Shown: positions 1 through 9,352, counted from the first letter of the stretch. The stretch: DNA of 61,737 nt from an uncultured Acidimicrobiales bacterium (GCA_964350975.1 CAYGMW010000001.1:1-61737); one strand, 5' to 3'. Numbers and translations are program-made. The notes: a model not told the origin generated them from the letters alone.

Positions 1-649
1 AGTATCCAGCGCTAGCGAGCCGGAACTCGCGGTTGGCGACGATGGTCCTGAGGTGTCCGATATCGAATGCCGGTGCCGCGCCGCCCCCGTCGGGGCCGTC
101 GGTGCAGGCGAGCTCGGCGAGCAGGCCGCCGGCGACAGTCAAGACCGACACGATGATGAGGGTCAGCTCCCACCGCACTCCACCGACGGCGTTGACCAGA
201 TGGGGGAGTGCCGAACCGACCGTGAGCGCGCCCACCATGACTCCGAGGGCGAACCCCCTACCCTGCCGATACCACGCCGACATGGCCTTCAACGCAGGTG
301 GGTAGACGCCAGCGAGGAACGCACCTGTCATCAGCCGAGCGACGACCGCCGTGCCGAACGAATCGCCGACGACGACCATCACATTGGCCGCGGCCGCACC
401 TGCCGAACCGAGCAGGATGAGGCGACGTGGATTGACCCGGTCGGCCAGATTGGTCACCGACGACACGACAGCGCCGAGCACGAACCCGATCTGGACCACG
501 ATGGTCAGCCAGCTCGCTTCGGTGTTGCTGAGCGACCAAGCATCGCGGACCTGGCCGAGTACTGCGGCGGTCGAGAACCACGGCGACATCGCCAGTACCA
601 AGGCACACGCCAACAGGCTCAGTTCACGGCGTTGGCGAGTGGTGGTCAC
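1..649 (-). CDS. MFS transporter, N-terminal ~216 aa (gene continues past the left edge)
   Basis: Own minus-strand translation from GTG at 649. An in-frame TGA lies 3 codons upstream. Sequence: VTTTRQRRELSLLACALVLAMSPWF...LGSAGAAAANVMVVVGDSFG...ARLMTGAFLAGVYPPALKAMSAWY... It has several hydrophobic helices and an MFS-like pattern. It is not listed in the ORF track. Confidence 0.7.
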   Translation of the reverse strand, partial: MTTTRQRRELSLLACALVLAMSPWFSTAAVLGQVRDAWSLSNTEASWLTIVVQIGFVLGAVVSSVTNLADRVNPRRLILLGSAGAAAANVMVVVGDSFGTAVVARLMTGAFLAGVYPPALKAMSAWYRQGRGFALGVMVGALTVGSALPHLVNAVGGVRWELTLIIVSVLTVAGGLLAELACTDGPDGGGAAPAFDIGHLRTIVANREFRLASAGY

Positions 650-686
650 GTGTCGTCAACCGTAAAGCAGGTCGACGACTTCCGCC

Positions 687-1139
687 CTACGCGTTCGACA
701 GCACCTTTTCGAGCCGCTTCATACCGAACTTGAACCCCGCTGCGCTCATGATGCGGATCGGTGCGGCCAAGAGCTGGGGGACATAGGGCACCACAACGTC
801 CTCGGTCCACACCAATTGAGAGCCTGCACCCTTGGACTCGATGGTGAACGCGGCGCGACCCTTCAGCACTGGGCCAAGCTTGTCGACCTCGCAACGACCC
901 GAACCAGCAGTGTCGTCCCAGTCGCACGCGACGACCCGCATGTGGTCCTTCAAGACCAGGGGCCGAAAACCGGTGTAGGCCGTGAACTCCGAACCGGGAA
1001 CCGTGGAGTCGCCAGCCGGAACCTCCATGCGGGTTGCCGGAATCCAGTTGGCGTGGCGTTCCCAGTCGATCATGTCGTCCCACACCACGCGGGCTGACTG
1101 GGGAAAGGAGTGACGGACATCGAACGTGATCTGGGCCAT
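687..1139 (-). CDS. SRPBCC (START/polyketide cyclase-dehydrase-like) small ligand-binding protein
   Basis: 150-aa ORF. Size and pattern (ARVVWDDMIDWERHANWIP...VDKLGPVLKGRAAFTIE) fit SRPBCC. Family call by eye only. Confidence 0.7.
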   Translation of the reverse strand: MAQITFDVRHSFPQSARVVWDDMIDWERHANWIPATRMEVPAGDSTVPGSEFTAYTGFRPLVLKDHMRVVACDWDDTAGSGRCEVDKLGPVLKGRAAFTIESKGAGSQLVWTEDVVVPYVPQLLAAPIRIMSAAGFKFGMKRLEKVLSNA

Positions 1140-1178
1140 CGGCCGAGCGTACGGACCTCCGCCTCGAGGCGTGCAACC

Positions 1179-1568
1179 TCAGCGGGCGAGTACTGGAGAT
1201 CCGTGATGCAGAACCATCAGCCAGCCGTCGTCGACGCGGCGGAACACGTTCGTGGCCGCAATCGTCCCCTGCGCCTGCTCGTCGAGCAGGTTCTCGTCCA
1301 ACGTGACAATCGCGAGCGTCTCGGTGACGCTCACCGCGACATTGGTGACGACAAACTGGTTGCGGCCAGGACCTCCGAAGATCCCAGCCCAGGATGCCCG
1401 AACATCGTCCCACCCGCGCAAGATCGGCCAACCGGGATGGATGCACACCACATCGTTGGAGTGGGACCAGACCGCGTCCATAGCCTCAAGGCTGCGTTGT
1501 TCGTGGGCGTCGTAGAACGCCTGGTTCGCGGCCACAACTTCAGCGAAGACGGGGTCGCCTAGCGACAC
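1179..1568 (-). CDS. NTF2-like (SnoaL/DUF4440-type) protein
   Basis: Track ORF is 1179..1652. The conserved part is VAANQAFYDAHEQRSLEAMDAVWSHSNDVVCIHPGW...DDGWLMVLHHGSP. Start is set at the in-frame GTG 1568 (GGGTGG a few nt upstream). Start is uncertain. Confidence 0.6.
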   Translation of the reverse strand: MSLGDPVFAEVVAANQAFYDAHEQRSLEAMDAVWSHSNDVVCIHPGWPILRGWDDVRASWAGIFGGPGRNQFVVTNVAVSVTETLAIVTLDENLLDEQAQGTIAATNVFRRVDDGWLMVLHHGSPVLAR

Positions 1569-1764
1569 GGGCCACCCATTTCGAGTGCACACAGCGAACA
1601 GCACGGCAGTTGGGCTGCGTCTCGGCGCGGCTTGGGCAGCCGGTAACCGCACAGCGTCAGCGTGGGGCCGTTGCGAGACTCGTCTTCGGTCCGGGCGTGA
1701 TGGTGCACCCGGTCATCGGGGTCGGCGTCGACAGAGTTCGCTGCGCTGGCAGCCTCGGTGGGCA

Positions 1765-2139
1765 TCACGCGAGTGCGTTGGTGAAGGTGGCCAGATCGAA
1801 ATAGTCGCGCCAGACCTTGATCTTGCCCTCGTGCATCTCGAACACACCCGTGCAGGGCAGGTCGACCTGCTTTGAACCAACCTCGGTGCGGTCCAGGCGC
1901 TCGGCGATCACCACATCGCCGTTGCCCACGATGTGCACCAGGTCCCACTCGGTTGCGGTCCAGTCCGCAGTGAACGCCGCGATCATGTTGCGCACATTGT
2001 CGCGACCGGTCACCGGACCTACCGGAACATTGTGGTAGCAGCCGTCCTCGGCGAAATAGCTCGCCAATTCGTCGGCGTCGAGGCGACTCCATGCCGCGAT
2101 GAACGCGGTAACGATCGCAACATTGTCATGACCGGACAT
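1765..2139 (-). CDS. NTF2-like protein, limonene-1,2-epoxide hydrolase/SnoaL family
   Basis: 124-aa ORF: NVAIVTAFIAAWSRLDADELASYFAEDGCYHNVP...GKIKVWRDYFD. Confidence 0.75.
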   Translation of the reverse strand: MSGHDNVAIVTAFIAAWSRLDADELASYFAEDGCYHNVPVGPVTGRDNVRNMIAAFTADWTATEWDLVHIVGNGDVVIAERLDRTEVGSKQVDLPCTGVFEMHEGKIKVWRDYFDLATFTNALA

Positions 2140-2162
2140 GCCCGCACCGTAGCCGAGGCCAG

Positions 2163-3107
2163 CTATGCGTACGCGGCTGCGCCTCGGTGTTCGCCCACGA
2201 TGGTCTCGATCAGCTCGGCTTCAACACGATCGGCGTCATCGATGTCGATTTGGCAGGTGCCGGCCGCAGCGTGACCGCCGCCACCATAGGAGAGCATGAG
2301 CTCGCCGACGTTCGTCACGCAGCCTCGGTCGATGATCGACTTACCGGTCGCGAACACCCGGTTCTGCTTGTTGAAACCCCACAGCTTGTGAATTGAGATG
2401 TTGCACTGGGGGAACATCGCGTAAATGAGGAATCGGTTCGCGGGCCAGATGGTCTCTTCGTCGAGGAGATTCAGCACCACCAGATTGTCGTGCACCGTTG
2501 CGCAGCGTTCGATCTGGGCGCAGGCATTGGCATCGTGGCGGAAATACAGCTCGGTGCGTTCGACAACATCGGGCAGTTCGAGGATCTCTTCGATGGTGTG
2601 GTTCTTGCACGCCGCGATCAGGTCCATCATGAGCTGATAGTTCGAGATGCGGAAATCGTGGAAGCGACCCAGACCAGTCCGGGGATCCATGATGAAGTTC
2701 AACAGTTCCCAGCCACCTGGGTTCAGAACCTCGTCGATTGAGTACTGAGCACTGTCAGCCTTGTCGACGGCCACCATCATGTCGGTCCATCCCGCAGGGA
2801 AGGTGTCGAGACCACCGTAGAAGTCCCACACCACTCGGGCTGCTGACGGAGCGTCGGGCAAGATGATGTGGTTGTCCCGGGCATCGTTGCGCAGGGTCTC
2901 AGATTCGTGGTGATCGAATGCCAGATGCACGTTTTCGACGTAGGGCAGGTTCGTCGTGATGTCCCGGCCTGTGATCTCGATCTTGCCGTCTTGCATGTCC
3001 TTGGGATGGACGAACTTGATGTCGTCGATCATCTCCAAGTGCTCGAGCAGCACGGCGCACACCAGGCCGTCAAAGTCGCTTCGAGTCACGAGTCGGTACG
3101 TAGACAT
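2163..3107 (-). CDS. DHH/DHHA1 family phosphoesterase
   Basis: 314 aa. It has N-terminal SDFDG, AFDHHES (DHH motif) and C-terminal GGGGHAAAG (DHHA1 GGGH motif). Confidence 0.85.
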   Translation of the reverse strand: MSTYRLVTRSDFDGLVCAVLLEHLEMIDDIKFVHPKDMQDGKIEITGRDITTNLPYVENVHLAFDHHESETLRNDARDNHIILPDAPSAARVVWDFYGGLDTFPAGWTDMMVAVDKADSAQYSIDEVLNPGGWELLNFIMDPRTGLGRFHDFRISNYQLMMDLIAACKNHTIEEILELPDVVERTELYFRHDANACAQIERCATVHDNLVVLNLLDEETIWPANRFLIYAMFPQCNISIHKLWGFNKQNRVFATGKSIIDRGCVTNVGELMLSYGGGGHAAAGTCQIDIDDADRVEAELIETIVGEHRGAAAYA

Positions 3108-3228
3108 AGATGGTTCACTCCGGTGCGTAGACGCAGGTCGATCGACCCGTTCCCATCGGGCGCGACTCCGGCAGGCTTAAGGCTTGGCGGGCTACGGTCT
3201 CGTCAGTCGACCGAAGAACGGGAACAAC

Positions 3229-3627
3229 ATGGCCACTGATGGAGTCCAGGGCATCTACATCGAGACACGCGACTACGGCGCAACTTCGAAGTTCTGGTTG
3301 TCGCTCGGTTTTGCAACGGTGTTCGAGACCGATCACGGCTCGGGCCAGTTTCGACACCCGAGGGGCGGCCCGTACATCTTCATCAGCCAGCAGCTCGACG
3401 GCGAACTCGAAACCCATCCGATCCTGGCCGTGGCCGATTCGACCGACTTCGCCCCCGACCCGGCTCCAGAGTTTGCACGGCAGTTCGAGCCGCAGCACTG
3501 GGACGTTGTCGAGGCCATGCTGCTCGATCCCGATGGCCGCAATGTGAGCCTTCAGGCACCGGTTCCGGCCGGGGTCGAAGCTCCCAACGCCGACGAACAC
3601 CATGGCGACAAGTACGGTTCGCACTAG
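3229..3627 (+). CDS. VOC/glyoxalase-fold protein
   Basis: Track ORF is 3184..3627. Start moved to the internal ATG 3229. GIYIETRDYGATSKFWLSLGF...MLLDPDGRNVSL resembles the glyoxalase/bleomycin-resistance fold. Confidence 0.6.
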   Translation: MATDGVQGIYIETRDYGATSKFWLSLGFATVFETDHGSGQFRHPRGGPYIFISQQLDGELETHPILAVADSTDFAPDPAPEFARQFEPQHWDVVEAMLLDPDGRNVSLQAPVPAGVEAPNADEHHGDKYGSH

Positions 3628-3642
3628 GCACGACCAGTCCGT

Positions 3643-4128
3643 TCACACCATTCGAGCGAACGCAACCTCGGACCCGAGGGCTCGGGACCAACCGACGGGT
3701 TGCCACCCCATGGATCGGTAGAAGCCGTGGCCGCGGTCGTAGTTGGCGGGAGTCCACAGGATTGCTCGATCCCAGTCGGCCGCGAGCTGCTCGGTAGCGC
3801 GCGACATCAATGCAGATCCCACGCCGCGGCGCCAGTGTCCTGGGTTGACAGCGATGGCATGAAGCTCGCCAATGCGCTCGTCGATCGGGTCCCGTGATGC
3901 CCCGACGCCGACGAAGCCAGCGATCTCGCCGTCGACTTCGGCGACCGTCCACCGCACGGCATCGTCCATCAGGTCGGTGCCGACGAGGTCGTGGCGCCAG
4001 CGCTCGGTTCGTTCAGGGTCGTGGTCGCGATAGCCGAGCAGGTGACCAAATCCGTCGTTCCACGAGTCGATATAGATACGACCGACGTCTTCGGCGTCGT
4101 CAGCGCCAGCAGGTCGGAGGGTCAGCAC
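3643..4128 (-). CDS. GNAT family N-acetyltransferase
   Basis: 161 aa with a GTG start. Acetyl-CoA motif is LHAIAVNPGHWRRGVGSALM. Confidence 0.85.
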   Translation of the reverse strand: MLTLRPAGADDAEDVGRIYIDSWNDGFGHLLGYRDHDPERTERWRHDLVGTDLMDDAVRWTVAEVDGEIAGFVGVGASRDPIDERIGELHAIAVNPGHWRRGVGSALMSRATEQLAADWDRAILWTPANYDRGHGFYRSMGWQPVGWSRALGSEVAFARMV

Positions 4129-4196
4129 GGGTCGAATCTAGCTGTGGGGCATGATCTAGCACGGCCCGGCTTGGCGATGTCTGGCAGGCTGGCCCG

Positions 4197-5798
4197 ATGC
4201 CGTCGACAAACGTGTTGCCCCAAGAGGTCAGCGATGCACTTGAGGTCTGGCTCGCTCATCACGACGACACAGCACCTGGCCTGATCACGGGCCTGTACGT
4301 AGTGGGTTCGACTGCTCTGAGCGACTGGCAGACGACGAGTGACATCGACATCGTTGCCCTGATGGACGCCGTCCCGAGCCCGGAACAGGTTGAGCAGTTG
4401 CGGCAGGCCAGCGATGGAGCCCGCGATGCTCTCGCCGGCCGCTGCGTCGACGGTCCTCGCCTCGTATGGAGCGACCTCGCCCACGAGCCCCAGCCGCTCA
4501 TACGAGCGTGGACCCTCGACGGCCAGTTCCACTACGACGACGCCTGCTTCGAGCTCAACCCGGTGGTCTGGTTCACCCTTGCCAGCTACGGAATTGCGGT
4601 GCGGGGGCCCGCCGTGGCCGATGTTGTCATCCATACCGATGCCAACGATCGCGTGGCCTTTGTTTCGGACAACACGAGGACCTATTGGCGGTCGGTGGCG
4701 ACCCAGATTGCGGCCGCTGCGAACGATCCGGCTCGCATGGAGTTCAGCTCTGAAATGACCTCGTGGAGCGTCCTGGGTGTGGCCCGGATGCTTTACACCG
4801 CCCGTACGGGTGATGTGACATCGAAGTCCGGCGCGGGAACCTGGATCGCTGCCGTGCTACCACAGCATCGCGAGTTGGTCGATCACGCGCTCGAAGTCAG
4901 GCGGGCTGCCCTGGTTGGGAGCGATACCCGGGAGGTTGCGGCAGCAACAGTGGTGTACATGGAAGAGGTCATCGGTCTCATCAATGCCGTCGAGACGCCA
5001 CTTGCCGGTGGCTGGCAGACCGATGTGCGACGCCGGGGCGAGGTCGTCTTGCGCAGCTCCGGCCCTCAGAGCCCCACCGTCATTGGGTTGCTCGAACACC
5101 TCAGCGAACGGGGTTTCGATGCTGCACCTCGCCCCGTTGGAGGAGGTTTCGCCCCGGATGGCCGGGAACAGCTGACCTATGTCGAGGGTCGAAGCCCACA
5201 ACCCTTGGCGTGGAGCGACGACGCCGTCTGGAAGATCGGATCCCTCGTTCGAGACCTCCACGCCGCCACCGCAGATTTTGAGCCGGGCCCCGACGCCCAG
5301 TGGCGGCCGTGGTTTGCCAGAGGGTTGGGTGACGGGCCCAAGGTAATCGGACCCAAGGTAATCGGACATTGCGATCTTGGCCCCTGGAACATCCTTGCCA
5401 TCGACGAGATGCCGGTTGCCTTCATCGACTGGGACAACGCTGGGCCCGTCGATCCGATATGGGAGCTGGCCCAAGTGGTATGGCTCAACGCCCAGCTTCA
5501 CGACGACGATGTCGCCGAGCTCAATGACCTCCCTGACGCGCCGACCCGGATCCGCCAGTGCGCCCTGATCCTTGATGGATACAGCCTGTCGCCCGCCGAC
5601 CGGGACGGTTTCGTCGACAAGATGATCGAGTTTGCCCTGCGCAGCGCGCGCGACGAGGCAATCACCCACGACGTCACCGTGGACACTGCGAGCCCCGCAC
5701 CTGACGGCTTTCCGACCCTGTGGGGTGTGACCTGGCGGGCCCGGGCCGCGTGCTGGATGCTCGACCATCGGGCCGAACTCGTCCGATCCATCACCTGA
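4197..5798 (+). CDS. Fusion protein: nucleotidyltransferase (ANT/DUF4111-like) N-half + aminoglycoside-phosphotransferase-like kinase C-half
   Basis: 533 aa. N-half has GLYVVGSTALSDWQTTSDIDIVAL (GS...DxD NTase motif). C-half has HCDLGPWNILA...FIDWDNAG (HxDxxxxN catalytic loop plus metal-binding D of the APH/protein-kinase-like fold). Confidence 0.8.
   Translation: MPSTNVLPQEVSDALEVWLAHHDDTAPGLITGLYVVGSTALSDWQTTSDIDIVALMDAVPSPEQVEQLRQASDGARDALAGRCVDGPRLVWSDLAHEPQPLIRAWTLDGQFHYDDACFELNPVVWFTLASYGIAVRGPAVADVVIHTDANDRVAFVSDNTRTYWRSVATQIAAAANDPARMEFSSEMTSWSVLGVARMLYTARTGDVTSKSGAGTWIAAVLPQHRELVDHALEVRRAALVGSDTREVAAATVVYMEEVIGLINAVETPLAGGWQTDVRRRGEVVLRSSGPQSPTVIGLLEHLSERGFDAAPRPVGGGFAPDGREQLTYVEGRSPQPLAWSDDAVWKIGSLVRDLHAATADFEPGPDAQWRPWFARGLGDGPKVIGPKVIGHCDLGPWNILAIDEMPVAFIDWDNAGPVDPIWELAQVVWLNAQLHDDDVAELNDLPDAPTRIRQCALILDGYSLSPADRDGFVDKMIEFALRSARDEAITHDVTVDTASPAPDGFPTLWGVTWRARAACWMLDHRAELVRSIT
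5337..5366 (+). repeat. Perfect 15-bp x2 in-frame tandem duplication (cccaaggtaatcgga), encoding PKVIG-PKVIG
   Basis: Read directly: 5337..5351 = 5352..5366. It lies immediately upstream of the HCDLGPWN catalytic loop codons. Confidence 0.95.
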
Positions 5799-5823
5799 CC
5801 GCAGCCCCATCGGGCACAGTGGT

Positions 5824-8355
5824 GTGATGCGCGACGCGGGGTTGACCGATCTTCCGGTCGAAGCAGCCATCGGCGAACTCCGTCTCGCGCTGGCCGATCG
5901 TGGTATTGCGGTGTTGTCGGCAAGTCCAGGCGCAGGCAAGACGACCGTCGTCCCATTGCGTTTGTTGCACGAATCCTGGTTGGGCACTCAGCAGATTCTG
6001 ATGCTCGAACCCCGCCGGCTGGCGACGAGGGCTGCAGCCCAGCGGATGGCATCACTTCTGGGCGAGACAGCTGGCGCCACTGTGGGGTATCGCACCAAGA
6101 CCGACCGCGCTGTTGGCCCCACTACCCGTATTGAGGTCGTGACCGAAGGCATCTTGACTCGGCGGCTGCAACGCGATCCTGAGCTGACGGGTGTGGGGCT
6201 CGTCATCTTTGACGAATTCCATGAGCGCAGCCTGCAGGCCGACCTCGGGCTCGCCCTCACCCTCGATGTTCGTGCTGCGCTGCGGCCCGACCTCCGGGTG
6301 TTGGTGATGTCGGCAACCCTCGACATCGACCGGGTTGCTGGACTGCTGGGCGACGATGAGCCAGCTCCTGTCGTCGAGGCGAGTGGTCGTACCTTTGCCG
6401 TCGACGTCGAGTGGGCTCAGAGCTCTCGGGCCGCAACCGGGCAGGCAGGGTCGATCGAATCGGCGGCCGTGGCCCAGACGCTGATGGCACTCGATCGATT
6501 CGACGGTGATGTGCTGGTGTTCATGGCCGGAGCGGCCCAGATTCGCCGAGTCGTGTCGGACTTGCAGAACGCCGTGGCCCGCACCGTCGACATCCGCCCT
6601 CTCTTCGGCGCCTTGTCCGCGGCCGAACAAGATGCGGCGCTGCGTCCGAGCCCATCGGGGCGGCGCAAGGTCGTGGTCGCCACCGATATTGCCGAGTCCA
6701 GCCTCACGGTGGAAGGAGTCCGCACGGTGGTGGACTCGGGACGACGCCGCGTGATGCGCCACGATCCACGCACGGGCATGGGTCGCCTCACCACGACCAA
6801 TACGTCCAAGGCATCAGCCGATCAACGATCTGGTCGCGCCGGCCGAGAAGCACCTGGCCAGGCGATTCGGCTGTGGTCAGTGTCTGAACATGCGAGTCGG
6901 GCCAGCTACGACCGGCCGGAGGTGCAGCTCGCAGACATCGCCGGGTTCGTGCTCGAAGCGGCCTGTTGGGGGGCCGCCGTGGGCGAGCTCGCCCTGCTCG
7001 ATCAGCCCGATGAATCGTCACTCGCAACGGCTCGGACCTTGCTGGTCTCGCTCGGTGCCCTTGACCACGCTGGCCGAATCACGCCCAAGGGTCGAACCAT
7101 GACTGGGTTGCCGTTGCACCCCCGTCTGGCGTCAATGATCGTTGATGCCAACTCGGGCCCCGATGGGTGGTTGGCGTGTGTTGCGGCCGCCATTTTGGAA
7201 GCCGGCGACATCATTCGAGGTCGGCCTGACGACGTTCCTGCCGATCTCGGGTTGCGGATTGCATTGGTGGTCGAGCGCGATCGCCACCATCCCCAAGCCG
7301 CCGGTCACAACATCGCCCAGGTCCGCAACGACGCCCGAGACCTGGCCCGTCGAGCCAAGATCGACCCACAGAGAGGTGGGGTCGACGTGGGTCGGCTCGG
7401 CGCAGTCCTGCTGTCGGCCTACCCAGACCGGGTGGCGCTCAAGCGGTCAGGGCGGGGCCGGTTCCTCATGCGGTCAGGCCAAGGGGCCGCGGTCAGCGAA
7501 CGAGACACGCTGGCGGGCGAAGAGTGTGTCGTGGTTGCCGACCTCGACGGTGCAGGAGGCGACGCCCGAATCCGGCTGGCCGCCGCGGTCGACCTTTCGG
7601 ACGTCCTTGAAACGTTCGGCCACCACATCGAGCGTCGCACGTTGACGGTCTGGGACGACCGGCGCGGCGACGTTGTGTCCAAGGCCGAAGAGGTGCTCGA
7701 TGCTGTGACCTTGAGCTCCGTTGGCCGTCCGGTCGTTGCATCGCCCGCCGTCGCGGCTCTGTTGATCGACGCGGTGCGGGCCAGCGACTTGCAGCTGCTG
7801 CGATGGACCGACGCCGCCCGACGGCTCCAATCTCGCATCGAGCTGGCTCGCTCTGCCGGCCGGCTCGATGTCGCCGCCGTGGACGATGACAACCTCGCCG
7901 CCGAGATCGACGACTGGCTCGGACCCCTGCTGCACAAGGCAACCTCGGTCGCCGATCTCGCCCACGTCGATCTGGTGGGCGCACTGCTTGGCCGGATTGG
8001 ATGGCACCGACGAAGCGAACTTGACCGCCTCGTGCCTGAACAATGGTTGTTGCCCAGCGGTCGGATGGCCACGATCGACTACACCCGCGAGCGGCCAACC
8101 ATCAGCGGGCGGGTGCAGGAGTTCTTCGGAAGCCCGATGACCCCGTCGATCCTCGACGGGGCCGTGCCGTTGACCGTTGAGTTGATGTCGCCTGCCAATC
8201 GACCCGTCCAAATCACCGCCGACCTGGCCGGATTCTGGACCGGGTCGTGGCATGACGTTCGCAAAGACATGGCGGGCCGCTATCCCAAACACCGATGGCC
8301 CGAAGACCCGACGACCGCCGAGCCGGGAGTCTCGACCCGCCGACCCCGGGCCTAG
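5824..8355 (+). CDS. hrpB: ATP-dependent RNA helicase HrpB (DEAH box)
   Basis: 843 aa. It has SPGAGKTT (Walker A), DEFHERS (DEAH-type motif II) and SATL, plus the characteristic HrpB C-terminal domain (...GRYPKHRWPEDP). Confidence 0.92.
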   Translation: MMRDAGLTDLPVEAAIGELRLALADRGIAVLSASPGAGKTTVVPLRLLHESWLGTQQILMLEPRRLATRAAAQRMASLLGETAGATVGYRTKTDRAVGPTTRIEVVTEGILTRRLQRDPELTGVGLVIFDEFHERSLQADLGLALTLDVRAALRPDLRVLVMSATLDIDRVAGLLGDDEPAPVVEASGRTFAVDVEWAQSSRAATGQAGSIESAAVAQTLMALDRFDGDVLVFMAGAAQIRRVVSDLQNAVARTVDIRPLFGALSAAEQDAALRPSPSGRRKVVVATDIAESSLTVEGVRTVVDSGRRRVMRHDPRTGMGRLTTTNTSKASADQRSGRAGREAPGQAIRLWSVSEHASRASYDRPEVQLADIAGFVLEAACWGAAVGELALLDQPDESSLATARTLLVSLGALDHAGRITPKGRTMTGLPLHPRLASMIVDANSGPDGWLACVAAAILEAGDIIRGRPDDVPADLGLRIALVVERDRHHPQAAGHNIAQVRNDARDLARRAKIDPQRGGVDVGRLGAVLLSAYPDRVALKRSGRGRFLMRSGQGAAVSERDTLAGEECVVVADLDGAGGDARIRLAAAVDLSDVLETFGHHIERRTLTVWDDRRGDVVSKAEEVLDAVTLSSVGRPVVASPAVAALLIDAVRASDLQLLRWTDAARRLQSRIELARSAGRLDVAAVDDDNLAAEIDDWLGPLLHKATSVADLAHVDLVGALLGRIGWHRRSELDRLVPEQWLLPSGRMATIDYTRERPTISGRVQEFFGSPMTPSILDGAVPLTVELMSPANRPVQITADLAGFWTGSWHDVRKDMAGRYPKHRWPEDPTTAEPGVSTRRPRA

Positions 8356-9308
8356 TTGACCCGGTCGACCGTTCCGCCGACCGCGATTCCGAAGCGGTCG
8401 AAGTCGTTGGCCAGATCGAGCCCACCGCCATAGTGCTGGCGAACCTCATCGACGAGGGCCGGGATGGTTGGCGGTTCGCCAACGGACGCATGCCGAGCGC
8501 TGAAATGGGTCAGGATCAGGTGACGGGTCGCGTGTCGTTGGGCCGCACGTGCAACCCGGGCACCGGTGCTGTGGCCGTGGTCGTCGCCGATTCGGGCCAC
8601 GTCGGCTTCGGTGAAGGTCGCCTCGTGGACCACAAGATCGACCGGCCCGGTGGTCGCGAGCAGCGACTCAGGGTCGCTGTTGTCGCCCGCGATCACGATG
8701 CGCCGTCCCGGTTGTGGGGGTCCAACCACGGCGTCGGGCTCGACGACGCGACCGTCGGCCAGCGTGACGCTCTGTCCCCGTTTGAGCCGGCCGAAGAGCG
8801 GCCCGGCCCCAACACCAAGCTCGGCGGCCGCGTGCGGGTCGAACACACCTGGCCGCTCGGCTTCGCAGATCAGCCACGCAAAGCTCTGCACCCGATGGGT
8901 GAGTTCGATGGCATCAACGGTCTGGTGCTCGTCAGCATGAACCCTGCGACTGGAGTCGATCTCGATGTAGTCGACCTCATAGGTCAAGAACGTGCTCGAC
9001 GCGTCCAGCACCGTGTTGACCATGTGCTCGATGCCGGGTGGGCCAACAATCGTCAACGGTGTCGCGGCCCGCTCCATCGAACGCGAACCCAGCAATCCGA
9101 ACAGGCCAAAGCAGTGGTCGCCATGGAGGTGCGAGATGAAGATGCGGCGCAACTTCGACAGTGACAACGAGGTTCGCATCAGCTGATGCTGGGTTGCTTC
9201 GCCGCAGTCGAACAGGTCCCACGAGCCGCCATCGCGCAACGCCACTGCGGCGACGTTTCGTTCGTTGGTCGGAGCCCCAGCCGAGGTGCCGAGAAACGTC
9301 AGTTCCAT
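8352..9308 (-). CDS. rnz: Ribonuclease Z
   Basis: 318 aa. MELTFLGTSAGAPTNERNV...FDCGEATQHQL...ISHLHGDHCFGL (HxHxDH metallo-beta-lactamase motif in RNase Z context). Confidence 0.9.
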   Translation of the reverse strand: MELTFLGTSAGAPTNERNVAAVALRDGGSWDLFDCGEATQHQLMRTSLSLSKLRRIFISHLHGDHCFGLFGLLGSRSMERAATPLTIVGPPGIEHMVNTVLDASSTFLTYEVDYIEIDSSRRVHADEHQTVDAIELTHRVQSFAWLICEAERPGVFDPHAAAELGVGAGPLFGRLKRGQSVTLADGRVVEPDAVVGPPQPGRRIVIAGDNSDPESLLATTGPVDLVVHEATFTEADVARIGDDHGHSTGARVARAAQRHATRHLILTHFSARHASVGEPPTIPALVDEVRQHYGGGLDLANDFDRFGIAVGGTVDRVN

Positions 9309-9352
9309 CGGCGCTTCCTATCACGACCAGGCGGGACTGCAAGACTGGGCGG

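Noticed and set aside
646-1446. 266-aa minus-strand ORF spanning the SRPBCC and NTF2-like genes in another frame
   Set aside because: It overlaps two shorter ORFs that have sensible fold-like sequences. Its own translation is Arg/Pro/Gly-rich and motif-free.
3128-3160. Short GC-rich palindromes such as GTCGATCGAC (and CAGCATGCTG near 26449) in divergent intergenic regions
   Set aside because: Self-complementary 10-mers of this type are frequent by chance in high-GC DNA. They are not positioned distinctively relative to the start codons.
4136-4160. Direct repeat ATCTAGC ... ATCTAGC in the GNAT / NTase-APH intergenic region
   Set aside because: It is only 7 bp and could be chance. It is noted because CTAG looks rare here, but there is no supporting symmetry or known motif.
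4857-5987. 376-aa minus-strand ORF antisense to the NTase-APH fusion and the hrpB start
   Set aside because: It is a typical high-GC shadow ORF. It is rich in Arg/Pro/Gly/Ala, has no recognisable motifs, and lies fully antisense to genes with clear family motifs.
9161-9352. N-terminal 64-codon extension of the HAD hydrolase ORF
   Set aside because: It overlaps the 5' part of rnz antisense and is Arg-rich. The HAD motif I (DVDGV) begins right after the in-frame GTG 9353.
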